Shown in pieces: positions 19,462-29,700 of a DNA stretch of 64,000 bases; position 1 is the first letter of the stretch; the number at the start of each line of letters is the position of its first letter. This DNA comes from Nitrososphaerales archaeon (GTDB lineage: Archaea; Thermoproteota; Nitrososphaeria; Nitrososphaerales; JACAEJ01). Where the stretch lies: positions 2,988 to 66,987 of the forward strand of contig JAVZMU010000001.1 of assembly GCA_038883135.1 (NCBI GenBank). The letters run 5' to 3'. Under the pieces are notes generated by a model, which worked only from the letters and a program-made list of their open reading frames with translations, was not told the DNA's origin and did not search any database. The translations under genes and the position numbers were made by a program.

Positions 19462-19892
19462 TTTGGGTTATATGAGTTAGAAACAACAAAAGTGATACAT
19501 AAATGCTATAAATTAAAGTCTTGTAATTGCGATAGTTATCTATTCAGCATACTTTTAAGGATAAATATGAAATTGAAGGCTAAATTTAATCTACAAGAAA
19601 GAGCTTATTCTTAAATATTAAAGAATATGCTTAAGGAATAGTTCTGAATCCAATAAGCTTCTTATACAATACTCTTACTTTAAGGACTTCTCTTACATTT
19701 ATAAATATATACTTAATCTTTATTATTCCTTTTAAAGACTCTTGCCTTCTTCATTATTCTCATAAGGGTAATTAATCCACTTATAAACTAAAAAGAGAGT
19801 AAACAGAATAAACAAGATGAGGAATATCATCTTGATAATCCTCAAAATTGTAAGGGGAAAGGTTTATTAGATTTTTTATTTAAAGGAAAAAT

Positions 19893-20208
19893 ATGTGCAT
19901 ATGTTAGACAATTCTACCCTGGAGTGACTCAACCTTCTATCAACAGAAGAAAGTACATAGACCCAAAAACGGAATATGAGAAGCTAAGAAGCTTAAGTGA
20001 TGAAGATCCCATCAGAATTTTAGGGCATAGTTGCAGCTGCACATGCAGCTAGAGGTGATGTTTGGTGTGTTAATCCACTAATCAAAGTCGCATTGCAGAT
20101 CCTAGCCTCAAATTCGATCGGGTATATCCAAGAGAGTGCTTTGCTAAAGGAGTATTAAGGGAGTATATGCCAGCTGGTAGAAGAGATACAATAGTACCTC
20201 CTCGTTAG
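19893..20208 (+). pseudogene. mcrG/mcrA: Relic of a methyl/alkyl-coenzyme M reductase operon: first ~45 codons of mcrG fused to last ~60 codons of mcrA
   Basis: An ATG at 19893 is followed by one extra T. The next frame gives AYVRQFYPGVTQPSINRRKYIDPKTEYEKLRSLSDEDPIRILGH, an McrG N-terminus. From 20024 a second frame gives [23 protein letters not shown]. After a 1-nt frameshift near 20093-20095 it continues [37 protein letters not shown] to a stop at 20206-20208. Together these match the McrA C-terminus. Confidence 0.75.
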
Positions 20209-20695
20209 TAACTCCTATCTTTATATTTCTATGTTCCATTGAGAGTAGATAGACCGCTATTCTTCCGTCTTCGTTGGTAATAGGGGAATAGATTTTGCGC
20301 AAGTACTAGATGTTAAGATAATTCATTTATGAGTACTCATTCATATATTGCTATAAAAATCTAGCAATTGACGATAAGGTTGTATTTTTAATTAAGCTTT
20401 AAGTATTCTAAACCATTTCTTAATTACTCATAATAAATGTTTATGTTCATACCTCAAATACACTCTTTAAGATACTTTATCCATTAGTTTTTATCCCATA
20501 ATGAAGAAATCCTCCTATACGATAGACTAGAAAAGTAGATTAAGCCTTCAAACTTATTCCTCTTAAAGACATTAGATTCTTTAACTCTATTTAATTATTA
20601 AGAGCAACATTCTTAATCAAAATAAATTTTATCTTGATATTATCCGTTTTTGATATAGTAAAGTACATTTACCTGATTTTATAATTTAATTTAAA

Positions 20696-21202
20696 TTGAA
20701 GACGCCCATATGCTCCTTTTGTGCCAAAACAGGAATTCTTTGCCCGAAATGTGAGACTAAGTTCAGGAGTGGGCACATAAGCAAGACAGACGTGGAAGTA
20801 TCAGTCCGATTGACAAAGTTTGCTGAAAAATTTCCTGAATTCGATAAGATGACATTAGTTCGTGCTTTTGATATGGGAGATGAATACGTTTTAGTTCTCA
20901 AAGGAGGCGATCTAGTTAAGTTAAGAAGAGACCCACAACTCATAAAGAGGATAGAGTCTGAGTTGCAGAGAAAAGTATGGTTCATTGAAGGAGAAGCCTC
21001 TGATAGAAAGATGCTAGAAGACCTTTTCTACCCTGTAAGAATCCTAACTGTAAATATCGTTTGGTTACCTGATGGGAGTAAATTAATAAAAGCCATAATA
21101 TCAGGAAGAAAGACAGAAAAATTTCCTATTGATATAGAGCAGATAAAGAGAATTGTAAAAGAAGTAAGAGGTATCGACCTTTTGGTTGAATTTGAACGTT
21201 AA
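20696..21202 (+). CDS. Zn-ribbon protein of unknown function, upstream of nusA
   Basis: 168 aa with an N-terminal CSFC..x7..CPKC zinc ribbon. TTG start. The same strand and a 135-nt gap link it loosely to nusA. Confidence 0.5.
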   Translation: MKTPICSFCAKTGILCPKCETKFRSGHISKTDVEVSVRLTKFAEKFPEFDKMTLVRAFDMGDEYVLVLKGGDLVKLRRDPQLIKRIESELQRKVWFIEGEASDRKMLEDLFYPVRILTVNIVWLPDGSKLIKAIISGRKTEKFPIDIEQIKRIVKEVRGIDLLVEFER

Positions 21203-21337
21203 TAGATTATTCGTTCTTCATTTTTAATCTTTATATTTTAAAATTCTTGTAATAAAATACAAACCAACATGAATAAGCTTAAATCTACCCTCTTAATACT
21301 TTAATGATGTCGATCTATTGTATGGAGAGCTTAGTAC

Positions 21338-21778
21338 ATGGAAAAAATCAAATTGACCTCTGAAGAATTGGGTCTAATATCCCTCTTCCAAAGTATAAGT
21401 GGTGCAACAGCCAAAGATTGTATCATAGATAATAAAATGAACAGAGTTATCTTTGTTGTGAATAAAGGAGAAATGGGTTTAGCAATAGGTAAAAAGGGGC
21501 AATCAATAAGAACCTTGGAAAAACTTATAGGTAAACCTGTTGAACTTGTAGAGTACTCTGATGACCCAAAAGAGTTCATCGAGAAAGCTCTTAACATAAA
21601 ACACATTTATGACGTTAGGCTTACAGAGAAGTTAGACGGTACAAAGATAGGAGTTATAGTTGTGGATCAAAAGTACAAAGGAGCAGCTGTTGGAAGAGAA
21701 GGAAGGAATGCTGAAAAAGTGAGATTACTTGTTAAGAGATACTTTCAGATAGACAGGATACATATAGTTGCACAATAA
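21338..21778 (+). CDS. nusA: Archaeal NusA (two KH domains)
   Basis: 146 aa with GLAIGKKGQSIRTLEKLIGK and GAAVGREGRNAEKV, two KH GxxG motifs. The size is typical of the archaeal form. Confidence 0.85.
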   Translation: MEKIKLTSEELGLISLFQSISGATAKDCIIDNKMNRVIFVVNKGEMGLAIGKKGQSIRTLEKLIGKPVELVEYSDDPKEFIEKALNIKHIYDVRLTEKLDGTKIGVIVVDQKYKGAAVGREGRNAEKVRLLVKRYFQIDRIHIVAQ

Positions 21779-22123
21779 AGTAGATATTCTTTGTTATTCA
21801 TTTCCTAAAGGATAATTCAGTTAATAGAAATTTCGCTAAGATTCATGCTCTATTTGATTTTTATAGCTACGTCTTGTTCCATACTTAGCGAATAATAGCT
21901 CTTTCTCCTTTAATATACCTTCTCACATGGAACTATTTCTTAGATTAATGTAAAATCCTCTAAAGATTACCATATGAGAATAAAAGCCTCAGACTCTACC
22001 TCTTTACCTCAAATCTATACTTGTTCAATACACTTATTTACAACAATTTTTATAAAAAACTCAACTATTCTATACCTACTTTCTTATCGCTTATAATTCT
22101 CGACTATTCTTTTAGGTGGTAAA

Positions 22124-22765
22124 ATGTCAAAGTTCTCTGATAAATGGCAGAAAGCACCTACACCAACGGTTAGCGAAAGAGTCAAGGAAGCAATTAGACC
22201 TCCAGGTCCTTTAAAGCAAAGATTAGAAGCAGCGGTAAGACAGATTCAAGTCCAGATTACTAAACTTGATAATACTATTAACAGATTAAGAGAGAAAGAT
22301 AGCAGCATATTCAATAAAGTAGTCACAGCCATCCAAAAGCACGATATGAGCCATGCATCTGTGTATGCAAACGAACTTGCTGAGATAAGAAAGATAAGTA
22401 AGATGGTCGCTCAAGCTAAGGTAGCCCTTGAACAGATAGTTTTACGTTTGAATACTGTCCAAGAGCTTGGTGATATAGTCGTTACTCTTACTCCAGCAAT
22501 GGCTGTAATAAGGAATGTAAGGACAGGACTTGGAACTATATTACCAGAAGCTGAGCATGAGATGGGAGAGATCAACGGCTTACTAAGCAGTATCCTTGTA
22601 GATGCAGGAATGTTAGGAGGTTACACAATAAGCTTTGAAGCAGCTAGTGAAGATGCTGAGAAAATCCTTTCAGAAGCCTCAGCAGTAGCGGAGCAAAGGA
22701 TGAAAGAGAAGCTACCAGAATTGCCAATAGGAACGAAGATTCCTACTACTGAGAGCATAAGCTAA
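22124..22765 (+). CDS. cdvB: ESCRT-III (Snf7/CdvB-family) protein without a winged-helix tail
   Basis: 213 aa with a long helical hairpin and an acidic C-terminus. It sits directly upstream of a second ESCRT-III-like gene and Vps4. Confidence 0.7.
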   Translation: MSKFSDKWQKAPTPTVSERVKEAIRPPGPLKQRLEAAVRQIQVQITKLDNTINRLREKDSSIFNKVVTAIQKHDMSHASVYANELAEIRKISKMVAQAKVALEQIVLRLNTVQELGDIVVTLTPAMAVIRNVRTGLGTILPEAEHEMGEINGLLSSILVDAGMLGGYTISFEAASEDAEKILSEASAVAEQRMKEKLPELPIGTKIPTTESIS

Positions 22766-22782
22766 ACAAAAAGATTGGATAT

Positions 22783-22854
22783 GACAACCGTAGCTCTCGT
22801 AAGGCTCAAAGAGGTACTTATATTTATAAAAAAAGCTGGAGAGCTATGGTTGTC
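22783..22854. repeat. 16-bp inverted repeat (hairpin, 40-nt loop) between the two cdvB genes, followed by a T-tract
   Basis: GACAACCGTAGCTCTC (22783-22798) pairs with GAGAGCTATGGTTGTC (22839-22854). There is one mismatch, which would be a G.U pair in RNA. The loop contains TATATTTATAAAAAAA. The sequence TTTTTCTTTT follows. Confidence 0.5.
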
Positions 22855-22913
22855 TCCACTTTTTCTTTTAAAGATTTATCATAATAATACTCATTATTTA
22901 CTTAAATTTATAG

Positions 22914-23699
22914 GTGAATTTTTTGAGCTTTTTTAGATCTTTATTAAATGATAGGAATGATGGAATGAAGGATAAACTATCTTTAGCTATCAAAGAGATA
23001 GAGATTCATAAAGCTGGTCTCTCAAGTATAAAAGAAAAGCTAGAAGCTCGCTACAAAAATTTTTTAGAAATAACTAAAAAAGAGGGTATTTATGAGATGG
23101 AATACTCTGAGCTGAAGAAAGCTGTTCAAATGGTCAATGAGAGTGAATTAGTGCTTAATCAACTAATTTTGAAGTTAGAGACTCTAAAAGATTTAGGAGA
23201 TGTAATATATCATTTAAGTGCTACGCTAAAAGTTATGAGGAATTTAGATAAGTCTATATCTGATTTACTACCTAATTTTGAGGGAATCTTAGATGAATTA
23301 AACTCTACTTTGAAAGAGACTATCATCAAATTAAAAATCACACCAATATCCTTAAATCTTGATTTGGAGAAGGAAGAAGGGAAAGAGTTTATCGAAAAAG
23401 CTATAGAATTTATTGAAAAGAAAAATAAAGAAGAAATTCTGAAATCTAAAGAAAAATTTATTGAGACGAAAAGATTGGCTTTACTAGCAACTGGAGAAAG
23501 TATAAGTGAAGAAGAACCAATTCTATCATTAAATAGCTCTGATTTTGATGGACTAGTGCTTAATTACATCCGTGAACATAAAGACAACTTAAATTTAATA
23601 GAAGTATCGACTTTGTTAAATGCACCTTTAGACGAGATTAAGTTCTCTATTTTAAGACTTTTAAATGAAGGAAAGATTAGCTTTAAAAAAGGTGAATGA
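22914..23699 (+). CDS. cdvB: ESCRT-III-like (CdvB-type) protein with a C-terminal winged-helix-like domain
   Basis: The N-terminal helical region is parallel to the upstream paralog (L..I.L.L.T...LGD motif). It is followed by an acidic linker and then LVLNYIREHKDNLNLIEVSTLLNAPLDEIKFSILRLLNEGKI, which looks like a winged helix. The start may be the TTG at 22923, 5 nt after a GGTGA box. Confidence 0.65.
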   Translation: MNFLSFFRSLLNDRNDGMKDKLSLAIKEIEIHKAGLSSIKEKLEARYKNFLEITKKEGIYEMEYSELKKAVQMVNESELVLNQLILKLETLKDLGDVIYHLSATLKVMRNLDKSISDLLPNFEGILDELNSTLKETIIKLKITPISLNLDLEKEEGKEFIEKAIEFIEKKNKEEILKSKEKFIETKRLALLATGESISEEEPILSLNSSDFDGLVLNYIREHKDNLNLIEVSTLLNAPLDEIKFSILRLLNEGKISFKKGE

Positions 23700-23705
23700 G
23701 AAAAA

Positions 23706-24908
23706 TTGAGTATGGTTGCTGCTAGAGAATTAGAGGAAGCAGCTAGTAAATATGCTTCAGAAGCTATACGCCTTGATTCACAAGGTGCTCATGGTATGGC
23801 TATAGTAATGTATCAAAAAGCCATATCTGCTTTAATAAAACTAGCCCAACTTTATCCTGAGTACAAATTGAACAAGCTTTACTTAGAAAGAGCTACAACA
23901 TATCAAGAGAGAATAAAAGCTCTTCAAGCTGCTCATGGTTTTATTCAAGATGATTCTCAATTAAGAGATTTAAAAAAATATAGTGATATTGACATGAGCT
24001 CTGGCAAAGGTCTTAAGGTTGTAGAGTCTTTAAAAGCATCTTATGAGGAACTAGTGTTAAAAGAGAAGCCTAACGTGAAATGGGATGAAGTTATAGGTTT
24101 AGATGATGCTAAAAGAGCTTTGAGAGAGTCTATTATATTCCCAGTTCAAAGACCAGACCTTTTTCCTTTAGGTTGGCCAAGAGGGATACTTCTTTACGGT
24201 CCTCCTGGTTGTGGCAAGACGATGCTAGCAGCAGCTGCAGCCTCGGAGATAGATAGCGATTTTATAACTGTTGATGCAGCCACCATTATGTCAAAATGGT
24301 TAGGAGAAGCAGAGAAGAATGTAGCAAGACTCTTTGATTCAGCTAGAAAGATGCTAGAGAGAAACAGGGCTGTTATAATATTCATAGATGAGTTGGACTC
24401 TATGCTTGGATCGAGATCTCAAGAGGTTGGAGGGGAGATTCGAGTGAGGAACCAATTTCTCAAAGAGATGGATGGAATAATAGATAAGGGTAAGAATATA
24501 CACCTGTATGTAATAGGAGCAACTAACAAGCCTTGGTCTTTAGATTGGCCTTTCTTAAGGCGTTTCCAGAAGAGAATTTATGTACCATTACCATCTTTAA
24601 GATCAAGAATGGAGATGTTTAAGCTTTATACATCTCCTCTTAGGCTCGATTCAAGCGTTAACCTATTAGAGCTTGCAAGAATGACAGAAGGTTATTCTGG
24701 TAGTGACATTAAGGATATATGCCAAGCTGTTCAGATAAGAGTTGTTTCAGAGCTCTTTGATTGTGGTAAAGCATTAGATAAGTCTTTGCAACCAAGAGAG
24801 ATAACTCAGAACGATTTTAAAGAAGTTTTGAAGACTAGAAGGCCAAGTGTAAGTCAAGATATGATAAAGGCTTATATTACTTGGAGTGAGAACTTTAAGG
24901 CATTGTAA
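23706..24908 (+). CDS. cdvC: Vps4/CdvC AAA+ ATPase with N-terminal MIT domain
   Basis: Walker A GPPGCGKT, Walker B IIFIDELD, the second region of homology, an N-terminal three-helix MIT-like region, and a C-terminal helix (W[ST]ENF). Confidence 0.9.
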   Translation: MSMVAARELEEAASKYASEAIRLDSQGAHGMAIVMYQKAISALIKLAQLYPEYKLNKLYLERATTYQERIKALQAAHGFIQDDSQLRDLKKYSDIDMSSGKGLKVVESLKASYEELVLKEKPNVKWDEVIGLDDAKRALRESIIFPVQRPDLFPLGWPRGILLYGPPGCGKTMLAAAAASEIDSDFITVDAATIMSKWLGEAEKNVARLFDSARKMLERNRAVIIFIDELDSMLGSRSQEVGGEIRVRNQFLKEMDGIIDKGKNIHLYVIGATNKPWSLDWPFLRRFQKRIYVPLPSLRSRMEMFKLYTSPLRLDSSVNLLELARMTEGYSGSDIKDICQAVQIRVVSELFDCGKALDKSLQPREITQNDFKEVLKTRRPSVSQDMIKAYITWSENFKAL

Positions 24909-24930
24909 ATATTGATCTAATTTAAAGCTT

Positions 24931-26256
24931 CTAAGGAGTTAGCCTAAACCTATCTCTTGGGTAAAGTACTACTTCTCTTATGTTTTTCATGCCTGTGAGA
25001 AACATAACGAATCTATCTAAGCCTAACCCCCATCCAGAATGTACAGGCATTCCCCATGTAAAGGTTTTCAAATGCTCTGAAAAGTTTTTTGGATCAAGAC
25101 CACAATCCAATAATCTTTTCTCTAATTTTGCTCTATCTGAGACTCTTGTACCTCCTGATGCAAGTTCGAGATAACCATACATTAAATCAAAAGACTCAGA
25201 AATTTCATCATTATCTTTTTTAGTTTCTATATAAAAAGGTTTAAGACTTGTAGGCCAATCTATAATGAAGTAAAACTCTTTATGTCTCTTGCTAAGCCTT
25301 TTTAAAGCTTTAGTATCAAGATCTTCTCCAAATTTTATCTTTAGACCTGATTCTTTTAACTCCTCTATAGCTTGTAAGTAAGTTATTCTTTCGAATGGGA
25401 CTTTAGGGATTTTCAGTTCTCTATTGAGAATTTTCAACTCCTTTTCACAATTTTTCAAAACATCATCAATAACTCTTACAACAATCTCTTCCAATATATT
25501 CATAACATCTTCTCTATAAGAGAAAGCTGCCTCAATGTCAACACTTACGAATTCGTTAAGATGCCTTCTCGTATGGGATTTTTCAGCTCTAAAGTATGTT
25601 GATATTTCGAAGACTCTATCCAATGATAAAGTTAACTGCTCTTTGTACAACTGTGGGGATTGAGCAAGAAAAGCTTTCTTCCCAAAATAATCTAAAGAGA
25701 AAAGGTTTGCTCCTCCTTCTGCTGCTTGTCCTATAATCTTTGGTGTATTCACCTCGATAAATTTCTCATCAAGTAAAGTCTTTCTAATTGATTGTAAAGC
25801 TATATGCTTTATTTTGAAGATAGATGATGTAAAAGGATTGCGGAGATCTAAAGCTCTTGAGTCAAGCCTTAAATCTAAAGATGAACTAACCCTACCCGTA
25901 GGATCTATAGGCAAAGGATGTTGTGCTTTAGAAATGATTTGTATGTTATCGGCTTGAATCTCCACATTCGAACCTTTTGATTTACTCTCTTTTACAGTAC
26001 CATGAATCGTAACAGCACTTTGCCTCGCTACTGACTTTGCGATTGAGAAAATATCTTGAGAGATGTTATTTTTATTAAATATAACCTGGATGACTCCACT
26101 AACATCTCTAACAGTTAAGAAGATTAAAGCACCAAGAGGTCTTACATCTTCAACCCAGCCTGCTATGCTAACCTTCTTTCCAATGAAGCTTTCGTTTAAT
26201 TCAGATGTAAAGAATCTCTTCCTTATCTTCTCATTACTCATCAAATAAATATGCAC
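24931..26256 (-). CDS. aspS: Aspartyl-tRNA synthetase, archaeal type
   Basis: 441 aa with an N-terminal OB fold and class II motifs (FRAE, GGxR.., GLGLDR). Confidence 0.9.
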   Translation of the reverse strand: MHIYLMSNEKIRKRFFTSELNESFIGKKVSIAGWVEDVRPLGALIFLTVRDVSGVIQVIFNKNNISQDIFSIAKSVARQSAVTIHGTVKESKSKGSNVEIQADNIQIISKAQHPLPIDPTGRVSSSLDLRLDSRALDLRNPFTSSIFKIKHIALQSIRKTLLDEKFIEVNTPKIIGQAAEGGANLFSLDYFGKKAFLAQSPQLYKEQLTLSLDRVFEISTYFRAEKSHTRRHLNEFVSVDIEAAFSYREDVMNILEEIVVRVIDDVLKNCEKELKILNRELKIPKVPFERITYLQAIEELKESGLKIKFGEDLDTKALKRLSKRHKEFYFIIDWPTSLKPFYIETKKDNDEISESFDLMYGYLELASGGTRVSDRAKLEKRLLDCGLDPKNFSEHLKTFTWGMPVHSGWGLGLDRFVMFLTGMKNIREVVLYPRDRFRLTP

Positions 26257-26400
26257 CCTTTATAATTGATCTAAATCTCACAAAAACTGCTATATGAGGT
26301 TGTCTATTGTTAGGTAGAGTTCTTTTCCATTTTTACTCTTTTGCTTTGATAATATATGTAAAGTTTTGAAAAATTGATGAGGAAAAAATGTAATTAAAAA

Positions 26401-26712
26401 TTATTTAATTAAAGGAGAAAGATCAGCTTCTCCAGGGGACTTTATTGCTATTGCAGATATAGGGAAAGGCTTACCACAAACTCTACCAAGCTCTACAGAA
26501 GTTCCTTTAAATTCCATAAATGGTATCGATAGAGATTTACATGTATTCACAATTTCTGAAACCTTATCTTTTGATAAGAATGATGAATAAATGACTATCT
26601 TTGATCCTTTTATGGATTTTAATACTTCCTTTGTGCCTAAAATGTATTTTCCTGTTTTTATAACTGTTCTTAAAATTTTCTCAAGATCTTTTTCAATAAT
26701 CACTTTTCTCAC
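26401..26712 (-). CDS. rpl30e: Ribosomal protein L30e
   Basis: 103 aa. The GTKEVLKSIKGSKIVIYSS pattern is typical of the family. It overlaps the rpoA stop by 20 nt. Confidence 0.85.
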   Translation of the reverse strand: MRKVIIEKDLEKILRTVIKTGKYILGTKEVLKSIKGSKIVIYSSFLSKDKVSEIVNTCKSLSIPFMEFKGTSVELGRVCGKPFPISAIAIKSPGEADLSPLIK

Positions 26713-29700
26713 TTCTCATAAAAAGATCAACCATACCTGTACCTACAGGTATAGGCAAGCCGACAATTACATTTTCTGTTACTCCTTTTAGCTCCTCAAC
26801 CTCTCCTTTTACAGATGCCTCAACTAAAGTAGGAACCGTTATCTCAAAAGCAGCTCTAGCTAGTATGCTAGGTTTCTTTCCAGCTATTCCATGCCTTCCT
26901 ATCTGTTGGAAGAATCCTTTAGAAGTCATAAGGTCAGCTACGAGTAGTATATGTCTTATATCTACCTCAAGACCTTGCTCCTCTAATGTGCTCATTATCT
27001 CTTTCACAAGGGCTGTCCTTGCTGCTTCTATTCCTAAAGTTGTTTCAATTTCATAAATGGAATTAGTAGTTGTACGTGTAGGGTCTACTCCTTTTATCCT
27101 TAAGACTTTTGCTAAATTAGATCCCGCAGTTTGTATCATCCACTCGTCGCCTTTCTTAATTAATGCAATACGCTCTATTCCTGGGACTCCTTTTACACGC
27201 ATACTCATTATCTTGTTTCTTAAAGCAGATAAAGCTGAAAAATCAGCTCCTTCTAATGTAATATATATAATTCCACGTTCTTCATCCACTTCTACCTTAC
27301 GCTTTCCTGCTTGAACTACTTTCCTTATAAGTTCAGGGCTACAATCCCTCTCTTGAAGTGCATCTTTATTCAAGAATAGCTTTATGGTATTATATTCTAT
27401 TTCCCAAGGTTGGTTAGGATCTAATAGATCTGCAACCTTAGTGAATAAAATTTCTTTTGCCACTTTAAGAGCGCTCTCTTTGTTGTACTTATGCTCCTCA
27501 TCAAGATAAATATCCATGGATGGTGTTGAGGGTTGCTTTCTTGCATCTATAAGTTCTATAAGCCTTGGTAAGCCTAAAGTTACATCCCTTTCTCTTACAC
27601 CTGCAAAGTGAAATGTCCTTAAAGTCATCTGCGTACCTGGTTCGCCTAAAGATTGAGCGGCAACTACACCACAAGCTTCTCCAGGTTCAATTGTAGCTTT
27701 TTCTAATAGTTCTACAACCTTTTTACAAACATTTTTAATGCCTGAAATATTTAAAGGAAATTTAAGTAAAGAATTCTTTAGTTCTTGAATCAATTTAGGA
27801 TTAAGCTCCTTTGCGTATTGATCTAATATATTATTTATCTGCTCTTCTTCTATTGGTTCTTTACTTCTATTAATTAATGATTCAATCTCGACTAAGTGCT
27901 CTACATTTACAGCTTTCCCATGATCGCTTTTTGCTGGATCGACTCCGTCCTCACCGTATAAGAACTGTATTATATTACCATAGGAATCTCTTACGGTTAA
28001 ATCATATTCTACCTTTAAATTCTCAAGAGCATTTATGAGACGTCTTTGCATATAACCACTTTGTTGAGTTCTTACCGCTGTGTCCACTAAGCCTTCACGT
28101 CCTCCCATAGCATGAAAGAAGAACTCTGCTGGATTCAAACCGTCTCTATAATTGGATTTAATAAAACCTTTTGCATCTGGCGTAATATCCCAAGGTAAAA
28201 AGTGAGAAAGAGCACGACCTCTATAACCTTTTTCGATTCTTTTTCCTCTTACAGATTGTTGCCCTAAAGCGGCTGTCATCTGACCTATGTTCAGGCTTGA
28301 ACCTCTTGCTCCGATTCTCGCCATGATTACACCGCTATTATCTAAAGGAAAGGCTTTATCTGCAATTCTTCCAGCACGATCTCTCGCTCTTGATAATTCA
28401 TTTACAATATGGTATTCAAGATTTTCTTCTGGCGAAAGCCCACGAACTATTGGAAGAGTTCCTTGTTTATACTGATTGATAAGTTCTTTAATTTTTTCAT
28501 ATGATTTCTCTATCTCATCACTTATAGTCTTTTTGGCTTCCTCACTTAGTATGAGCTCATCATAACTATAAGAGAAACCATGTCTTGCAATGAAAGACTT
28601 GAGGACAGAAAGGATTGAATTTAGAAAATTACGAGCTACTTCAACACCATAATCCTTTGCTATTCTATGAAGAACACTATCTGATTCCTCAGCTCCAATA
28701 GCAGCTCTATCTATTACTCCATTAATCAAAACACCATTCTTAATAACAATATCCTTAATATCTTCACCCTTTTTGAGACTTTTAGCCCATTTTGAACTCA
28801 TAATATAGTTAAAATCTTTTGGCAAAAACAAGGAGAATAATTGTCTTCCTGTGTAAAGCTCAACTGGTTTCTTTATTTCAGGTTCAGGTAAAGGACCATC
28901 ATATCCACCTGAAAATGCTAGATTAGAAAACTCTTCTTTTGTCAAAAGGGTCTCTGGTTTTGTCAGTAAATAAGCTGCAGTAATGAAATCTCTTATAGCA
29001 CCTATAATAGGTCCACCATACCTTGGAGATAATATTTGTTGCTGAACTCTCATTAAGGTTAGGGCTTCTGATCTTGCCTCTTCACTTTGAGGTACATGAA
29101 GATTCATCTCATCGCCATCAAAATCAGCATTATAAGGTGGACATACTGCTGGATGCAACCTAAAAGTCTTGTATGGTAAAACTTTTACATAATGAGCCAT
29201 TATGGACATTCTATGTAATGATGGCTGTCTATTGAATATCACTATATCTCCATCTATTAGATGCCTCTCAACAATAAAGCCTTGAGTTAGAGTATTTGCT
29301 AAAGCTACTCTATCGCTAACGTAATCAAGCCTTATCTTCACACCATCAGGTCTGATGATATAATTTGCTCCTGGATGCTGAAAAGGACCGTTTATGACAA
29401 GCTTCTTTAAGAATTCAACATTCCAAGGAGAGACTTTTTCTGCTATTGTCAATTTCTTTGCTACTTCTAATGGTACACCAACCTCAGAAATATCTAGGCT
29501 TGGATCTGGTGATATGACAGTTCTACTGGAGAAGTCTACACGTTTGCCCGATAAGCTTCCTCTAAAGCGTCCTTCTTTTCCCTTAAGGCGTTGGCTTATG
29601 GTCTTCAAAGGGCGTCCTGATCTATGATGAGCCTGAGGAATTCCAGAGACTTCGTTATCAAAATAAGTAGTCACGTGATATTGTAACAAGTCCACCAAAT

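Noticed and set aside
21290-21337. AATGATGTCG upstream of nusA, and TTGATGAGG at about 26375, as box C motifs of C/D sRNAs
   Set aside because: No matching D box (CTGA) or C'/D' boxes occur at the right spacing, and there is no terminal stem. These are probably chance matches in AT-rich DNA.
20686-21606. Minus-strand ORFs 20686..20985 and 21331..21606
   Set aside because: They are antisense to the Zn-ribbon gene and to nusA, both of which have clear domain signatures. The antisense translations are low-complexity.
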